Below are positions 49,439 through 63,968 of a stretch of 64,000 nt of DNA, in pieces. The notes under the pieces are model-generated. The model was not told the DNA's origin. It saw only the letters and a list, made by a program, of their open reading frames with translations, and did not search any database. This DNA comes from Eledone cirrhosa. Taxonomy: Eukaryota. The position numbers and the translations under genes are program-made. The stretch spans positions 3,782,001-3,846,000 of the forward strand of contig OZ024750.1 of assembly GCA_964016885.1 (NCBI GenBank), in the 5' to 3' direction. How positions within the stretch are numbered: position 1 is the stretch's first letter; every line of letters starts with the position of its first letter.

Positions 49439-50944
49439 CAATATCTGAAACTATTTGCTGTGGATCCCGAGCAGAGACTGTAGCAGAATACCCCAACAAC
49501 TATCGACAGAGATCAGAATGGTTCCCAAAGAATATCACTGCTATTTCTTGTCCAGTTATTGTAGACAAGATGTGGTGAAGTTTCTCACCTTGACTGGCTG
49601 GAGATTTTCGAATACAAGAACAATTGACTTTAATGCATTTCTCTTGTATTGTAAACCACCAGAATGATTGTGTGTGTGTGTGTGTGTGTGTGCGTGTGTG
49701 TGTGTGTGTGTGTGATTAAGGATGTTGCTGCAACATATGCACCCTATCTGCATAATCAAGGGGTTAACAAAAAAATGTTGGGTTATTGTACATTTCAGAC
49801 TTTTAAATAGATTTGTAATGTGGGTGTGATGAGGCACGTTGTCCTAAAATGTGCCCTTTAAACGAGATTTATATGATTTAAAGGTTTTGCTCTTCATTAG
49901 ATAAATGTGTCTGTATATATGTATGCATGAGTCCGTGTGAAGTTTTGTGTGTACTCTCAACAATAAATTAAAAATACACACATCAACATCAGTATGTATG
50001 ATATTAGCTTTTTAGTTTTTGAAAATTTTCCTTTACTTTCATCCTTAAAATTTTTCTATTATCCGATTGAATAGTTGGAATGTCAGTGAACTGTATGGAA
50101 CTCAAGTAAAATAAATTATCATATTGTCATATCGAACAAGTTCTTTGATTTTGTTTTCTTCATTTAACTCCATCAATTTTTAATTTTATACTTATCAATA
50201 CTAATCGATTTCTCATGAATTATTGAAAATTCCTGTTATTTGTATTTGTGAACCATTGATGAGCTTCTTCAGCTGATTAATTGACATTCTAATTTTGACC
50301 AAATATATATTTTATTTAAAAGTGAACAAGATGAACCAGCAGCAGATATTTTACTTATTAACTAATTAATCTGATTAAATCAATTGTTTCTAGCTTCTTT
50401 ATCAGAAGAAGAAACTAGTTTTCAAACTACGGATTCATCATCATCATCATTATTTAATGTCTGCTTTCCTTGCTAGCAAGGGTTGGACAGGTCTACATAG
50501 ACCAAGTCAGTACTGAAGTGGGGCTACTGATCTCCCAGACAGGCTGAGGGGTCTGTATCCCACTTACGTACCGTCATGTCAAGTGCAGAGTAGAAGTTGT
50601 CATGTCTTTTGACACAAACTGAAGGGTCCTCCCAACCCCTTATCGACAAGCTTTCCCTAGGTTGTCAGAAATGAAAGGAAGATGGACGTTAAACGATGAT
50701 GGTAATGATGATTGTGAATATTATTGGTCATATGACTGCAGTTGACTGTTGAATTCACTGGGAGTGACAACTTGATTGCTTAATTATTGACATGATGTCT
50801 CCTGGTTTAACCCTTTCAATATTGATATTAAAAAAAAAAATTGTTTTTAATAAAAAATAATGATAATTATTGTGCACAGTGCTCAGGTGCACTACAGCTC
50901 ATCAAAGGTGCATGTATAGTACATAGAATAATGTACAAATATCA

Positions 50945-51400
50945 AGAAAGTGAACATGATATACACACATGCATGCGTGTGTATGGAGGGGGAATTTCAG
51001 GTGTAGTGTTGGCGAATTTCAGGAAGAATGGAAGTGTTGAAGGATGCAGTGTCTCGACAGCTAACAACTGATGCAGGTAGTTTGTTCCATGCTTCAGCAA
51101 CTCTGTGCATGAAAAAATGTTCCCGAAAGTCATGGGGACTGTACTGTTTTCTAATTTTATAAGCAAGTGCTCAGGGTTGTTGTTAGAAAGATGGTTAATA
51201 ATCTTGTGGGTGTCTTCTAAGTCAGTTGCCAGACGTTGGAGCTTTAATGTATCCATGCTCAGGGAAGCAATGCGTTCAGAGTATGTTAATGTTGATAAAA
51301 TGAAACTAATAATATGCATTTTTATGTGCAGTTTTTTGAAAATATTAAGATGGGACACTTGTCCCTACACTGTTATAAATTGGGATGAATTTAAGCCAAT
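50945..51400 (-). mobile_element. Decayed CR1/L2-like LINE 3' fragment
   Basis: LTYSERIASLSMDTLKLQRLATDLEDTHKII resembles the CR1/L2 ORF2 C-terminus. Confidence 0.55.
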
Positions 51401-52325
51401 AATATGCAGGTTGCTCAATATAATTAGCAACTGTACACAATTTAGATTGATGCCATAAGTCGACTTGTACCTCAGGCAACAAAGAAGTCAACTAGCTTTT
51501 GTGAAAATACCTTTTTGTCTCATTCCAATTCATATATATTTACATGTAAAGTGGTTGTGTAGGTGTCACAACAATAAGCACCCAGCACACTGTAAATGTA
51601 GTTGGCTTTAGGAAAAGCATCCAGCTGTAGAAAACAAGCTAAAATCAGTTCCATGTTTTTGAATCAAGGTCCTCTTTCCTGATCTCTCACAAAGGGACTG
51701 CCCATCCTACCCATGCTAGTGTGGAAGATGGACGTTAAATGATGATGATGATATATATATATATATATAGTACACAAAAGAGGACCCAATTAAGGTCTTT
51801 AGAAGACTCAAGCACTGAAAACATTACAGTACCTCCATACTGTATATGGACAAAACATCCAATATACTGTACTGGAAAACAACTGAAGATGACATGAGTA
51901 CCCTGATGAATCCATATTTTAGATTACATCAGATACAGTTTTTGGTTTCCTCAAAATTTATGTTTAAGGTTCAATGTGTTTAATTTTTATAACTTTCAAA
52001 TTTGTTTTGGGAGTGTATTTATTCTGTAGAACTGATGTAGGAATATCTATTTCAGTGTGAATAAAAATATTTTAGGGTATTTAGCATTCATTGTGCAGGA
52101 ATTGGGAGTGGAGGGAGGTAGACGTTTTATGATGGTTGGTTAAATAATTGGTATTACACACTGCCGGGGATCTATAAAGTTGCTGAACAGCTGGCTATTG
52201 AAGTAATAGGAATCAATAGTGGTGCTACACATAGGTATAGGAACATAAAGAACAAAGAAAACTGAATTTAAATACATCAACTAAAGTTTACTCTTTTTGT
52301 GAGAAAGTTGTACTTTATATTTTAA

Positions 52326-52530
52326 CCCTTTAGCATTTACATTACTATATATTTACTATTGTATTTTTGTGGTAAAGGCTTTACCTCACATAATATTGAA
52401 TCTATGAGATTTTGATATTTATTTTGAGAACAATACCTTAACATCAGTATGAGTTGCAAGTTATGGCCGGTTTGAACAGAAAGCAGTGAGAGAACTCTGG
52501 CCAGATACGGCCGGTTTAAATGCTAAAGAG
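52326..52530. mobile_element. piggyBac-like MITE (TTAA TSD)
   Basis: TTAA|CCCTTTAGCATTTA ... TAAATGCTAAAGAG|TTAA. Further full or partial copies at about 22665-22883, 24530-24628, 36421-36794, 52867-53090 and 59644-60134. Confidence 0.8.
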
Positions 52531-53896
52531 TTAAGGCATATATAGGCACCACAAGGAAGAATGTTTTACTTTAAATGAATGAATGCTATTTGGTATTCTA
52601 ATCTAATAAGTGCAAAACAATTGTTCAAGAGGTTGGAAATATTAAGTGTTGCGAAGACTACTAAGATTTCAATGTGAAACCTAATGACCTCATTGTGCAA
52701 AATTAAACTTTATGATTCACATTACTACACAGAATCACAACTTAATAAGAGAACTTCTATTTGATTTTGTAATGGTTAGCAGTTCATTTTATTTAAGTAA
52801 CAGGTAATCTCTTAATGGGAGCTTGGCTATCAACCGCAGTAATGCCATGAATGCTTTAGGCTGTCACCCTTTAGCATTTACATTACTCTATATTTAGTAT
52901 TATATTTTCATATATTTAGTAAAATATTTTCACATAATTATCTCACATAATATCGAATTTATGGGACTTTGATATTCTTCATTTTGAGAACCATACCTTA
53001 ACATCAGTATGAGCGGCCGCTAACAGCCAGTTTGAACAGAAATAGGTGAAAGAATTCTGGCCGGATAAGGCCAGTTTAAATGCTAAAAGGTTAAAGGGCA
53101 GCACCAGCATTCTTCCCTGTAGCATTTAAGGAAGTGAGCATGGCTCTTCTTTTATTGTTATTTTTCACTTTATTTGGCTTTAGTTTTCTTTTTTAATAAA
53201 TTCTATTTCAGTTTTCAAAATTTCAGAATTTTTTTTTTTTTTAAATATTATTGAGAAAATTAAATTAAATTATCTTATTTATCTTATAAATTACTTTGTA
53301 TCAAGTTCAACCTATTTTATTATTTGGGGGGTTGACCTATTATTTAGCTAAATAGTGTCATGTTTTGATAAATATCTTTTTCAATTTTAAATAATTTTAT
53401 GAAGTAGCCTTGTAATCCTCCCCTAGTTCACCCAGACTGCATAGACTTGTTACCATTCTTTCTAATAATCCCATGTGAAATTTGTGTTCGTACTTTAATG
53501 AAGTGAATAATTTTTTATGTTACAGACAAGTTTAAGTCTCGTCATCTGTGAAGAAATGCCTTTTATAAATATATTTATATCTATGTATATTTTATAAAAT
53601 TAGAGATACTGCCTAGAGGAATCCTTTCGATAAATAAACTTTGTTTTAAAAAAAACATGATGTATAACATAGTATAGAAACATAAAAATTTCGTTGGAGA
53701 TATTTTTGTAAGTGAAGTTTTGTGTGAACAACAGAGAAACAATAAAAAGAAGCAAACAAGTTTCTTTTTTTTTTACATTCAACGAACTCTGATGAAGGGG
53801 AGATAATCGCGTGCAGCATAGAGAGCGTCATTACAAAAGCCACGTCTGCAGAACTGTCACCTCGTCCAGTTTTGTAGGAAGATTATATCAGTACAG

Positions 53897-56800
53897 ATGG
53901 GTACTGAGAACAACTCAGGTCACCTAAACGTAATATCTTCTCGTTGTAACTACTCCTGTAATTCTAAAAGGAGTAGAAAAAATTTGACAAGTATTTATTG
54001 TAGTCGTTTTAGTTCTATATCATTCAATATGATTTACACGGTGGTGATTTTCTGTTTTCTGTTAAGTTTTGGAAAGTGTCAAGATCACGGCCATGCACAT
54101 CACGGCCATGCACATCATGGCCATGCACACGACAATCACGGCCATGCCCATCACGGTCACGCTCATGAACACCATGGACATGAGCATGGTAGCCACGGTC
54201 ATGCACACGAAGCAGAATCTATAAACTTTCGATACAGTCGGGAAGCTAACGAAGTTCCTCATTCACACTCACATCCCGACCACGGTCAAGCTCATCACAA
54301 AGCCCCAGAAGACGAAAAACACATTGTAAAAGAACGAGTCAGCCATGAAGAGACTCGTCAACCTAAACTTATGGGACCTGTACTCTGGCTTCAGGCCATT
54401 GGAGCTACTGTCCTTATCAGTGCTGCTCCGGTGGTTATTTTATTTTTCATTCCTTTAGAAAATACAGAGGAGCATTTACCTTTTCTTAAAATTCTCCTCA
54501 GTTTTGCATCTGGGGGTCTTTTAGGTGATGCATTTCTACATCTAATTCCACATTCTGCTGCACAGAATCCTGACCCTTCAGACGATGGTCACCATGGCCA
54601 TTCTCACGGCGGGGAAGGCCACAGTCATGATTTATCTATCGGTCTGTGGGTACTCACCGGTATTATAGTCTTCCTCAGTGTAGAGAAGGTGGTCCGACAT
54701 CTGAAAGGATCACAGAGCCATTCTCACAGCCATGAAAAGCCGAAGCCGAAAGAGAAGATATCTGACGATGAAGACGAAAAGAAAGAGAATGGTGGGTATA
54801 TATTTATATATACAGTATATATATTTGTTATTCATTTTTGCCATTAGTTTATTTTTTCCTATCTAAACTAAAAGCTTGATTTCAGCATATATGTGTATCT
54901 TGTATTATTCTCCAACATCTGTTAAAGTTATTTTAGAAGTAAACCTGATATTATTTACGACATAAAAATAAAAACCAAGTCAAATTAGATAAAAACATAT
55001 TTCGTTTTATTTTCGAATGTTTATCCGTTTTCTTTTGAAACGTTTGTCCCGTGAATTCATCGAGGAAAATGTTATTTTCAATACTTTGAAAGACCATATC
55101 GACATGTTTAATGAAGTATCATGTAGAGAAACATTTGTTGTTTATTAAGGTTTACTTAAACCAAGAATATTTCAGTATATTCTCTGTTGTAAAATAAAAT
55201 TATCATTTCATTTTGTTCTTAATTCTAATTAATTTAAAAAAAAAGATATTTATTTTCATAATATTATGAAAATAATCTCCACACATTTATTAATACACTT
55301 CAGAGTTTCCCGATAAAGATTCACTTTGGTTTATTTCCTTTTCCTTATATTACATCAGAAGTTAATCGTTGTTGTATAAAATCGTATAAAATCCTAAAAA
55401 AATTTCTTAATTAATTATTAAAAATTATTAAAAGAAAATCAAAACAACCCACCCCCCTCTAAAAAAAATAAAATTCTAATTCTGTCTTCAGTCTTGTAAC
55501 TAAACCTTGTTACTAATGTTTAGAGGTTGATGAAATAATTTTAACATGATTAACTTGTGAAGTTATGTTGATTACCAGGCTTAACTTCCGCTAGTTGTGG
55601 ACTGTATAAAAATAAACACTAAATTATCTTGTAGTTGCTTATTAGATTAATTAACGCAGCGAATCCTTCTGGTATTGCTTACTCAGTTATTTAGCCAGTC
55701 TAGGAAATTAGACTGAACCTCAAATAAATATATATAGTGAAGTATTCTTGTAAAACTCTACTTTGTGTAACTATGGTAAATCGTTTTTTTTTTAAAATTC
55801 ATTTAAACATTTCTTTTGTTCGCACATTATTTACTGATAATATAAATATTCACTACTTTATATCATGTATCAATAAACCTACCACCATATATCCATATAT
55901 TTAATTTCTACATTCCATACTCATTTGAAACCAATAGATATTCTATAAACATACGGTAAGCCTGACTACAAACCCCTTTTTTTTTGCGGTGTTTGTCAAC
56001 TTAAATCTAATACCAGACACCTGTTGAGTTAACTATACATGGTCGAGAAAACGACATAACCCCCTCTCCACCGATTTTAATTTCTCATAACTTGCTAATG
56101 GATATTTTAAAATTAAATTTTTGCAGAGATATGTTTTCAAATGTGTATATAAGCATTATGCTAACGAATTTGTTTTTTAAACAAGTAAGTTTTCACAATT
56201 GATAGTTGTAAAAATGACATTAAGTTTTTTTTTAGAAAATCTATGACTTTCTAACTAGAAATTTGAAGGCATGAAAATATTTCCGTGTTTTCGTTTAGCT
56301 TCTTACAAATACAAATCGAAAGTAATTAGAACCATCAACGAGCGGAAACAATATAAGGAAAGTGTCGTTTCCTTTATTTTCTAGTAATTGCAATAAACTA
56401 TAGTTTAGACAACCCTCCCAACCCCTCAAAGAAAAGATTAACAAATTTTCATTAATATAATCGTAATCTACAGGCGATCTTTCGTTTTAGGTAGACACGA
56501 TCCAACCAAAAAATTTGGTATTTCCCACTAGTTTCCGAAAGTTATATTTGTACATTAAATCACGCATATTTGTACATTAAATTTTAAACATTTTTTTTGT
56601 TACTATTTAGTCAAATTCCTGCAGTTACGTGCAAAACATTATTTGATGTCCATAAATATTGTGATATTTCATAAAGAATTTGGAATTTACATAAACAGAT
56701 CAATCATGTTCATTTTATCATCCTTCTAGTGGACCCGTGCCGTCAATAATGGCGGCAACAGCGTTGGATTACATTATATATATACCAGGAATATGTGTAT

Positions 56801-59226
56801 TTGTGTGAATTTCATCATCATCATCACTATTTAACGTCCAATTTTCACGGTAGCATGGGTTAGACGAGTTGTCCGTTGTTAGACGTCGGATCAGATGACC
56901 AAGTCTTGCTCATACAGAACTGTTTCTGGCTTGATTTCTACGGTTGGATACCCTTCCTAATGGCCAACCACATTTACAGCATGGATTGGGTGCGTTTTGT
57001 CGTGTCACCAACATGACCACTTTACAGGGTGGACTGTAAAAGGCATGACAACCTCTCCTGTGCACTTGGTATAATGTAAGACCATACATAAGCGAGACAA
57101 CAGATCGCTGGCTTGTCTGGGAGATCAGTAGCTCTACTTCTCTACTGACTTTGTCCATGTAGACCTGTCCAACCCTTGTTAACAGGGAAGGTGGACATTA
57201 AAATGATGATGATAAATAATTGTCTAGTAATGAAACATTTAATGTTTTAATATTTTCTATGTAAATAAATTGAAGTGGAGATGTCTGAGACTAGAATGGT
57301 TGACTGGATGTTTTATAGTACCAAGTTTAACTGGATCTGGTTTTTAATTCTACCAAGGAGTTTTGTAAAATACTTACAATTATATACTCAAAATAATATA
57401 CCGAGATCCACAATAATTGGCTAATTGGCGTTGTATCTACTAACTAAAGAATGAATCAGTATTTTGTATGAAATGGTATTAATTTATAAATTTATAATTT
57501 ATTACGAAGGTCAGCTGCAAAGTTCATAGGCTGAATAAGACGCTCTCTTGGAATGACCAAATGTGGTTTAATTTTCAACATAGTCCCTGGAAAGAAACAG
57601 CGACCAAGATACTCTCATGGAATGACCAAATGAGGTTTAATTTTCAACATAGTCCCTGGAAAGAAACAATGCAGTTATTAATAAGAAAAGTTGAAATTAA
57701 TGTATGCAAGATTTTACAGCTTTAGCATCACTCCTTAGTCAGTGTATGAATTTTTTAGCCGACCCTAGTAATTTTTACCTGCTTCTAGAACAAATGAAAC
57801 TTGTATATTCATGTCTCTGTATGTTTTGTTATTGTTTATTTCAGAATCATCTGAAGTAAAAGACTCGCATGTCCAAAATGAAATTGCTGTAGCTGGTTAT
57901 TTAAATCTTGCTGCTGATTTTGCTCATAATTTCACTGATGGTTTAGCCATTGGTGCTTCTTTTCTTGTTGGCCGTAGTGTTGGTATTATTACAACTATCA
58001 CTATCTTTCTCCATGAAATTCCTCATGAAATTGGAGATTTTGCTATCCTTGTCAAGTCTGGTTGCACCAAGAAACGGGTAAGCTGATTTAAAAAAAATAA
58101 TTTTTCAAATAATTTTCTTCTAAATTATGGAATAGTAGAGTTATTTATTTGATCCTCATTAATAAGTGTTTTAAGGCCATTTTCCCTGCTAAAGCAGGAT
58201 TTAGCATTGTAGACCCCATGATAGGCTTGTCCTATCATCAGCATCCCTTCTCACCAATTCCTTGGCTTTCAATTCTTCTTCCATCGTCTTTAGCCATGTC
58301 TTTAAACATACTATCAATGAAGTTCCTGTAACTGGTTCAGTTTGATGGTCTGTGATGGAATTTTAATTAGCCTTAGAAATACTTGGCAGTGCTCATCTCT
58401 TCAAGCAGTTCCTCACCAAGTTTAGCCTCTCAGCAGAAGCAGTTATCGGAGTGTGGCTGAAAAATATTGTGGAACCAAAAGTGAGGGTTAGGTGAGAACT
58501 TCTGAATTTATCCATCCTTAAAGATGCTGCTGCCAGACATCAAGGTGTTCTCTCCACCCGAACACCTTGGTTTTCAGATAATGTTTCTTCAAATCCTGAA
58601 AAATGGTATGTCCATCATCATCATCATCATCACCATTTAACGTCCATTTTTTCCACTCTAGCACGGGTTAGATGGACTCTGCTAGGCATAAAATGCTCAA
58701 GACATGTCGTATGCCACTGTGGAACCTTATACAACTCTATCGGGCATTACTTGACCATACATATCTACATCATCATCATCGTTTAACATCCATCTTTCAC
58801 GCTAGCATGGGTAGGATGGGCTGTCCCTCTGTAGAAATCAGGGGACACTGATTTCTACAGCTGGATGCCCTTCCTAACTCCAATACATACATTGTTAAAT
58901 CTCTTTAAAATAATTTCTTTTCTTTGTATTTAGTCTGTTAGCTCCATTGACATATATTTTCTTATACTCTACAGGCAATGCTGCTTCAGTTATCGACAGC
59001 TCTTGGTGCTATGCTGGGAACAATATGCAGTTTAGTTGCTGGAAGCACAGGAATTACAGCTACAGCCTGGGTACTTCCTTTCACTGCTGGAGGATTTATT
59101 TATATTGCCACAGTCTCTGTTATTCCAGAACTTCTCTTGGAATCCAATTTTCGCCAATCTATTAAAGAAATAATTGCTCTAATACTAGGGGTTTATATGA
59201 TGGTCCTTATTGCAACTTATGAATAA
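53897..59226 (+). CDS. SLC39A7: Zinc transporter ZIP7 / Catsup (LIV-1 subfamily), 3 coding exons
   Basis: Signal peptide, HGHAH repeats, [39 protein letters not shown] and [19 protein letters not shown]. Exons 53897 or 54029-54791, 57845-58077 and 58975-59226 join in phase. Confidence 0.95.
54029..54791 (+). CDS. SLC39A7: SLC39A7 exon 1 (upstream in-frame ATG at 53897 also possible)
   Basis: [18 protein letters not shown] signal peptide, His-rich ectodomain, TM1-3; donor G|gtgggt. Confidence 0.9.
57505..57768. mobile_element. Mariner-like MITE
   Basis: TA|cgaaggtcagctg ... agccgaccctag|TA; homologous to 63656-63853 in the opposite orientation. Confidence 0.7.
57845..58077 (+). CDS. SLC39A7: SLC39A7 exon 2
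   Basis: tcag|...[17 protein letters not shown]...[22 protein letters not shown]|gtaagc. Confidence 0.95.
58975..59226 (+). CDS. SLC39A7: SLC39A7 exon 3
   Basis: acag|[12 protein letters not shown]...LIATYE-TAA. Confidence 0.95.
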   Translation, partial: AMLLQLSTALGAMLGTICSLVAGSTGITATAWVLPFTAGGFIYIATVSVIPELLLESNFRQSIKEIIALILGVYMMVLIATYE

Positions 59227-59663
59227 ATTTTTACAAATATGACAATTTGGACAATCTGATAGATCACTTTATCATAAATGTAACATTTTAAATATTAGAA
59301 TTGTTGTCACTGAAAGACTGGGTTGGTTGTCTCTTTGAATTCAGATATGCCACATTCCTGGCAAACAAACTCTTATAATTTCCTGCTGGTTTTCCTAATT
59401 TCAGTTGAATCTTGTAGGGTAAAACAAAGGTGGCAGAGAGACACTACAACTGATTGGTGCCAATTGTCTCAATTAGTTGACATTTTAACTGGCGTGTGAA
59501 TTTCTCCCAGAGTTGGCAAAAGGGAGAATCAAATAAAAAAAAAAGAAAGAAAATAAGTATTTAATGAATATGTATTGCATACAATGTGTTTTGTATAAAA
59601 TATAATAGAAAACTCCCTCTTTAAAAGTTTCATTTCTGTTTAACCCTTAAGCATTTACATTAT

Positions 59664-60003
59664 GGAGGCACATGGCTTAGTGGTTAGAGCATTGGCCTTG
59701 CAATCGAAAGGTTGTGAGTTCAATTCTCATATCGGGTGATGTTGTTTCCTTGAGCAAGACACTTTATTTCACATTGCTCCAGTTTACTCAGCTATAGAAA
59801 TGAGATGATAGGACTGGGGTCCCTATCATTCCACTGCAAAGTGGTCGTGGAGGTGCCACGGCAAAAAAGCACCCAGCACTCACTGTAAATGAGGTTGGTG
59901 TTAGGAAGGGCATCCAGCTGTAGAAATCGAGCCAGAATCAGTTCCCATCCCACCTTTACAAGCAGGGAAAAGCGGATGTAAAAATGATGATGATGATGAT
60001 GAT
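59664..60003 (+). mobile_element. tRNA-SINE with RTE-LINE-derived 3' tail, nested in a piggyBac-like MITE
   Basis: A box tggcttagtgg, B box gttcaattc and core; from about 59830 the sequence matches the RTE 3'UTR; (ATG)n tail. Confidence 0.85.
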
Positions 60004-61929
60004 TACTCAATATATGCTATTGTATTTTCATGGTAAAGGCTTTACCTCACATAAAATCGAATCTATGAGATTTTGATATTTATTTTGAGAACAATACCAT
60101 AACATCAGTTATAGCTGGTTTAAATGTTAAAAGGTTAAGGTGCTTAAATCTACAAGGATAATTCAGTAACATTGAAACTTAAAGAAATCTCAGAGGAAAA
60201 GGTAATGTAAACAGTGTGATATATTAATGTGTGTAAACTGCCTGGATGTGCTTAGAGAAAAACTGGGTAGAAGTGGAACCAAATGTAATGTGAGAGAGAG
60301 AAGACTGTTGGTAGGGACATGGGATGTGTATGGATGATGATCATTTGGTGAAGAACATTTCCTTTGGCAGTATCGGAAGAGGGTTGGACACCATGCTTTG
60401 ACGCATAGTTACGACCCTTGCCATTCTTAGTTCAAATCCCGCCGAGGTTAACTTTGCCTTTCATCCTTACAGGGTCGATAAAATAAAGTACCAGTAATGC
60501 GCTGGGATAATTGTTGGCCTTGTGCCAAAAGTAGAAACAATTATTTACTGTATCTAGAAAATAATTATCATCATCAATATCGTTGGATTTGCATCCGTTT
60601 TTCCATGCTAGCATGGGTTCGACAAGACATAATTCTATGGCTGGACTCTCTTATGATGCTGACCCTCACTTTCTATTTGTTTCTCGTAAGATCTTTTTGT
60701 ACATCTTAACCATTGAGATCTGCACTTTTGTTTACAAAGGATGTAAACAAATATTACCACCTTTGTTAGGGACATCAGATATAAAGAGACACACACACGC
60801 ATATATCATCACTGTTTAATGTCCATTTTGTTCACACTAGCATGGGGTAGACAAGCTGTCCCATTTTGAGTTAAGCCAGGTCAGATGACTGGCTCATACA
60901 GAACTGTTTCTGGCTAGGTCTCTACAGTTTGATGCCCTTCCTAATGTCAACCACATTTACAGCATGGACTAGCTGCCTTAATTATTACCATTCCTACTTC
61001 TGTGCAAGGGTGTTGGTCTTACGATCATATCATGGGTTTGATTCCTGGACTGGGTTGTGTGTTGAGTTCTTGAGCAAGACACTTTATTTCATGTTGCTCC
61101 AGTATACTCAGATGAAAATGAGTACCAGCAATAGCTGGGGGTTAACTCTGTGATGGAGTGACATCCTGTCCAGGGGGGAAGTCAGTACTCTCAGTTGCTT
61201 CACGTCATGAAATTGGGATAAGCACTGGCTTAAGACAGACTTTAGACTTAGACCAAGTGTAATAAACAGAAGTAGTTGATAGTTTCTGTTACCTAATTAG
61301 CAGTGGTGGAAGTTTCTCTGAAAGTATAGTAGCTAGAATAAGAACAAGATGGAAAAAGTTAGAGAGCCTTTGCTGACAACAAAAGGGTTGCTGTATGATG
61401 CCTACTTGCAAAGTGTAATGTTGCACAGAAGTGAAACATGGCTAATAAACGCAGAAACCAGGGAGAAATGCAATGAGCATACTTTGATGGATGTATAATA
61501 TGTTGTGCATGAATAAGCTCAGAGAAAAACTGGGTTTAAGATGAATCAAAGGTGAGGGAACACTGATCTGTAACATGGAACAGGTCCTCAAGGAATCTGA
61601 TTCTATAGAAGCAATATTAGTAGGTATTGAAGAAAGACCACGTATGTGTGTAGTTGCCAATGGTATTAGCATGACCCAACGAAAGAAATGTCATACCCCT
61701 ACCCATTTACCCAGGCTGCCTCTTTGATGAACAGAATCCCAGGTGTATGCTTCATCATGGCCCCAGCTGACGGAATTGAAAAAAAAAGAAAAAAGACGTC
61801 GCTCTCGCCGTCCATCAGGCGGCAATGTTTTGTCCATCGTGTGAGCCGTGACCCAGAGGTGGAGGAGATTAAGTTAGTTAGAAGTGGAGGACACTCGTTC
61901 AGACGTCACTTTCGCGACCTTAATATGAC

Positions 61930-62100
61930 AAGCCGTTGGATTGGTAATGAGTCAGATGCCATGCTTTGCAGCATAGAGTTATGCTCTGAGTTCAAATCCC
62001 ACCGAGGTTAATCTTGCCTTTTATCCTTAAGGGGTCGATAAAATAAAGTACCAGTAATGTACTGGCGTAATTGCTGACCTTGTGCCAAAAGTAGAAACAT
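61930..62100 (+). mobile_element. Second tRNA-SINE family
   Basis: B box gagttcaaatccc followed by gaggttaa...tttcatcc...gtcgataaaataaagtaccag. Copies at about 11530-11625 (-), 60370-60540 (+), 62720-62905 (-) and 63490-63600 (+). Confidence 0.75.
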
Positions 62101-62622
62101 TATGACCAGACAGAGGACTTCCTTCCAATATTAATTTATTGCGTCACTGATGGATTTTTACATCTGACGAATAGGTTTTAATGGAAAGATCAAATACAAA
62201 ATATCGACCTTAAACTATCTTCTGTTTATTAATTTTAGTTTTGACTGAACAAAACCCTCCAACAGCTGACGTTTTTGTTATAGTTTCAGTTACAGAAAAT
62301 CCGTTGTCAATGATTTATGATGACTATCAGGTGTCCTGATGTTAACTGTTATCATCATTCTACAGTATAGTTTAATAGAGACGAGTATTTTAACAATACT
62401 GATGTTACTATTGATAATATTGGTGTTTTTGTTGCATATTGTGTTGTTTTTTTTATAATTAAGTATCGTATGTCAGTGAAAATACCGCTTGTTTCGTTAC
62501 TGTCGCAATTAAATAGTATATCCAGTTCAGCAAATAAATAATTTAGTCTCATTTCCTGAATATTGGAGTTAAAGACGGGGTGAATTAAGAAGACGAGAGA
62601 ATAAAGAAAAATACAGTTATTT

Positions 62623-63015
62623 GAGACCTGACAACCTCTAAAAACCCAAACTGGGAGTACCATGACAAAAAAGGCCCCCCAAACGGTGAAATGAGGCAAA
62701 ATAGAGGGATTTTACATAATTGTTTCTACTTTTGGCACAAGGCCAGCAATTATCTCAGTGTATTACTGGTACTTTATTTTATCGACCCCGTAAGGATGAA
62801 AGGCAAAGTTAACCTCGGCGGGATTTGAACTCAGATCATAAAGAGCCGTAACTCTTTGCTGCAAAGCATGGCGTCCGACCCTCTTCCGATACAGCCAATC
62901 CACCGAGATTTTACATGATGTAAGCTATACCTATCTTCACAAGAGAAGACATCTCTCAACACACCAAAGTGAGTGGGAGATCTCCCCCCTCGGACGGAGA
63001 GAGTTGACAGGTCTG
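62623..63015. mobile_element. MITE (same family as 6963-7147) interrupted by a SINE
   Basis: Ends agacctgacaac / gttgacaggtctg; the nested SINE is flanked by the direct repeat gattttacat. Confidence 0.75.
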
Positions 63016-63655
63016 TTATTTTACACAGTAGCACTAGTCTTAAGTTTGACTGAATCACAATTCTGAATGAAGGAGTAAATCACACATGCCTCCTCTCTAC
63101 AACCCCAGGCGTTCAACTTCTGTAAGTGGTAACATCCCAATTCTGCCTGTTTGAAGGCTGACCAGAATATAAAGTATCACATAATTCTATAACCGGAAAC
63201 GTATTTAATAGACCTACGACATGCAACGGGTACAGTTTATTGCCACAATAACGCCCAGTACACATAATCCTACATATTATAACATCTCTCCACATCTAGA
63301 TGATATAATATGTAGGCGTGAGGATTTGAGAATGTTTGGGAACGTTGGGATGGAACAAACTTTTAGTAGATAAATTTTCTGCTAAAAACTTAAGGGCTGC
63401 CTCGAGTAGTACAAACTCTAGCTACGTTACTGGCTGGAACTTACTGCAATAAGAAATAATGGTTTCTGATTTAGGCACAAGGCCGATTGAAGAGTTGTGG
63501 GTTGGCAGAATTGGTAGAGCATCGGATAAAATGTCATTTGTAGTATTTAGTTATGGCCCTTTACATTCTGAGTTCAAATCCCATTGAAGTCAACCCTGGG
63601 AAGGATGAAAGGCAAGGTTGACTTTGGCGGGATTTAAACCCTGTTAGGACTTATA

Positions 63656-63968
<313 letters not shown>

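Noticed and set aside
51890-51945. CTGATGA in a PLE-like context (similar case at about 33134 on the minus strand)
   Set aside because: No correctly placed GAAA/stem III or stem I, so it cannot be called a hammerhead.
56726-56760. Minus-strand GC hairpin followed by CTAG, like a Helitron 3' end
   Set aside because: Not followed by the expected T, and no matching 5' TC end was identified.
59664-59740. tRNA gene
   Set aside because: A and B boxes are present, but the sequence runs into a multi-copy SINE body with no proper acceptor stem or terminator.
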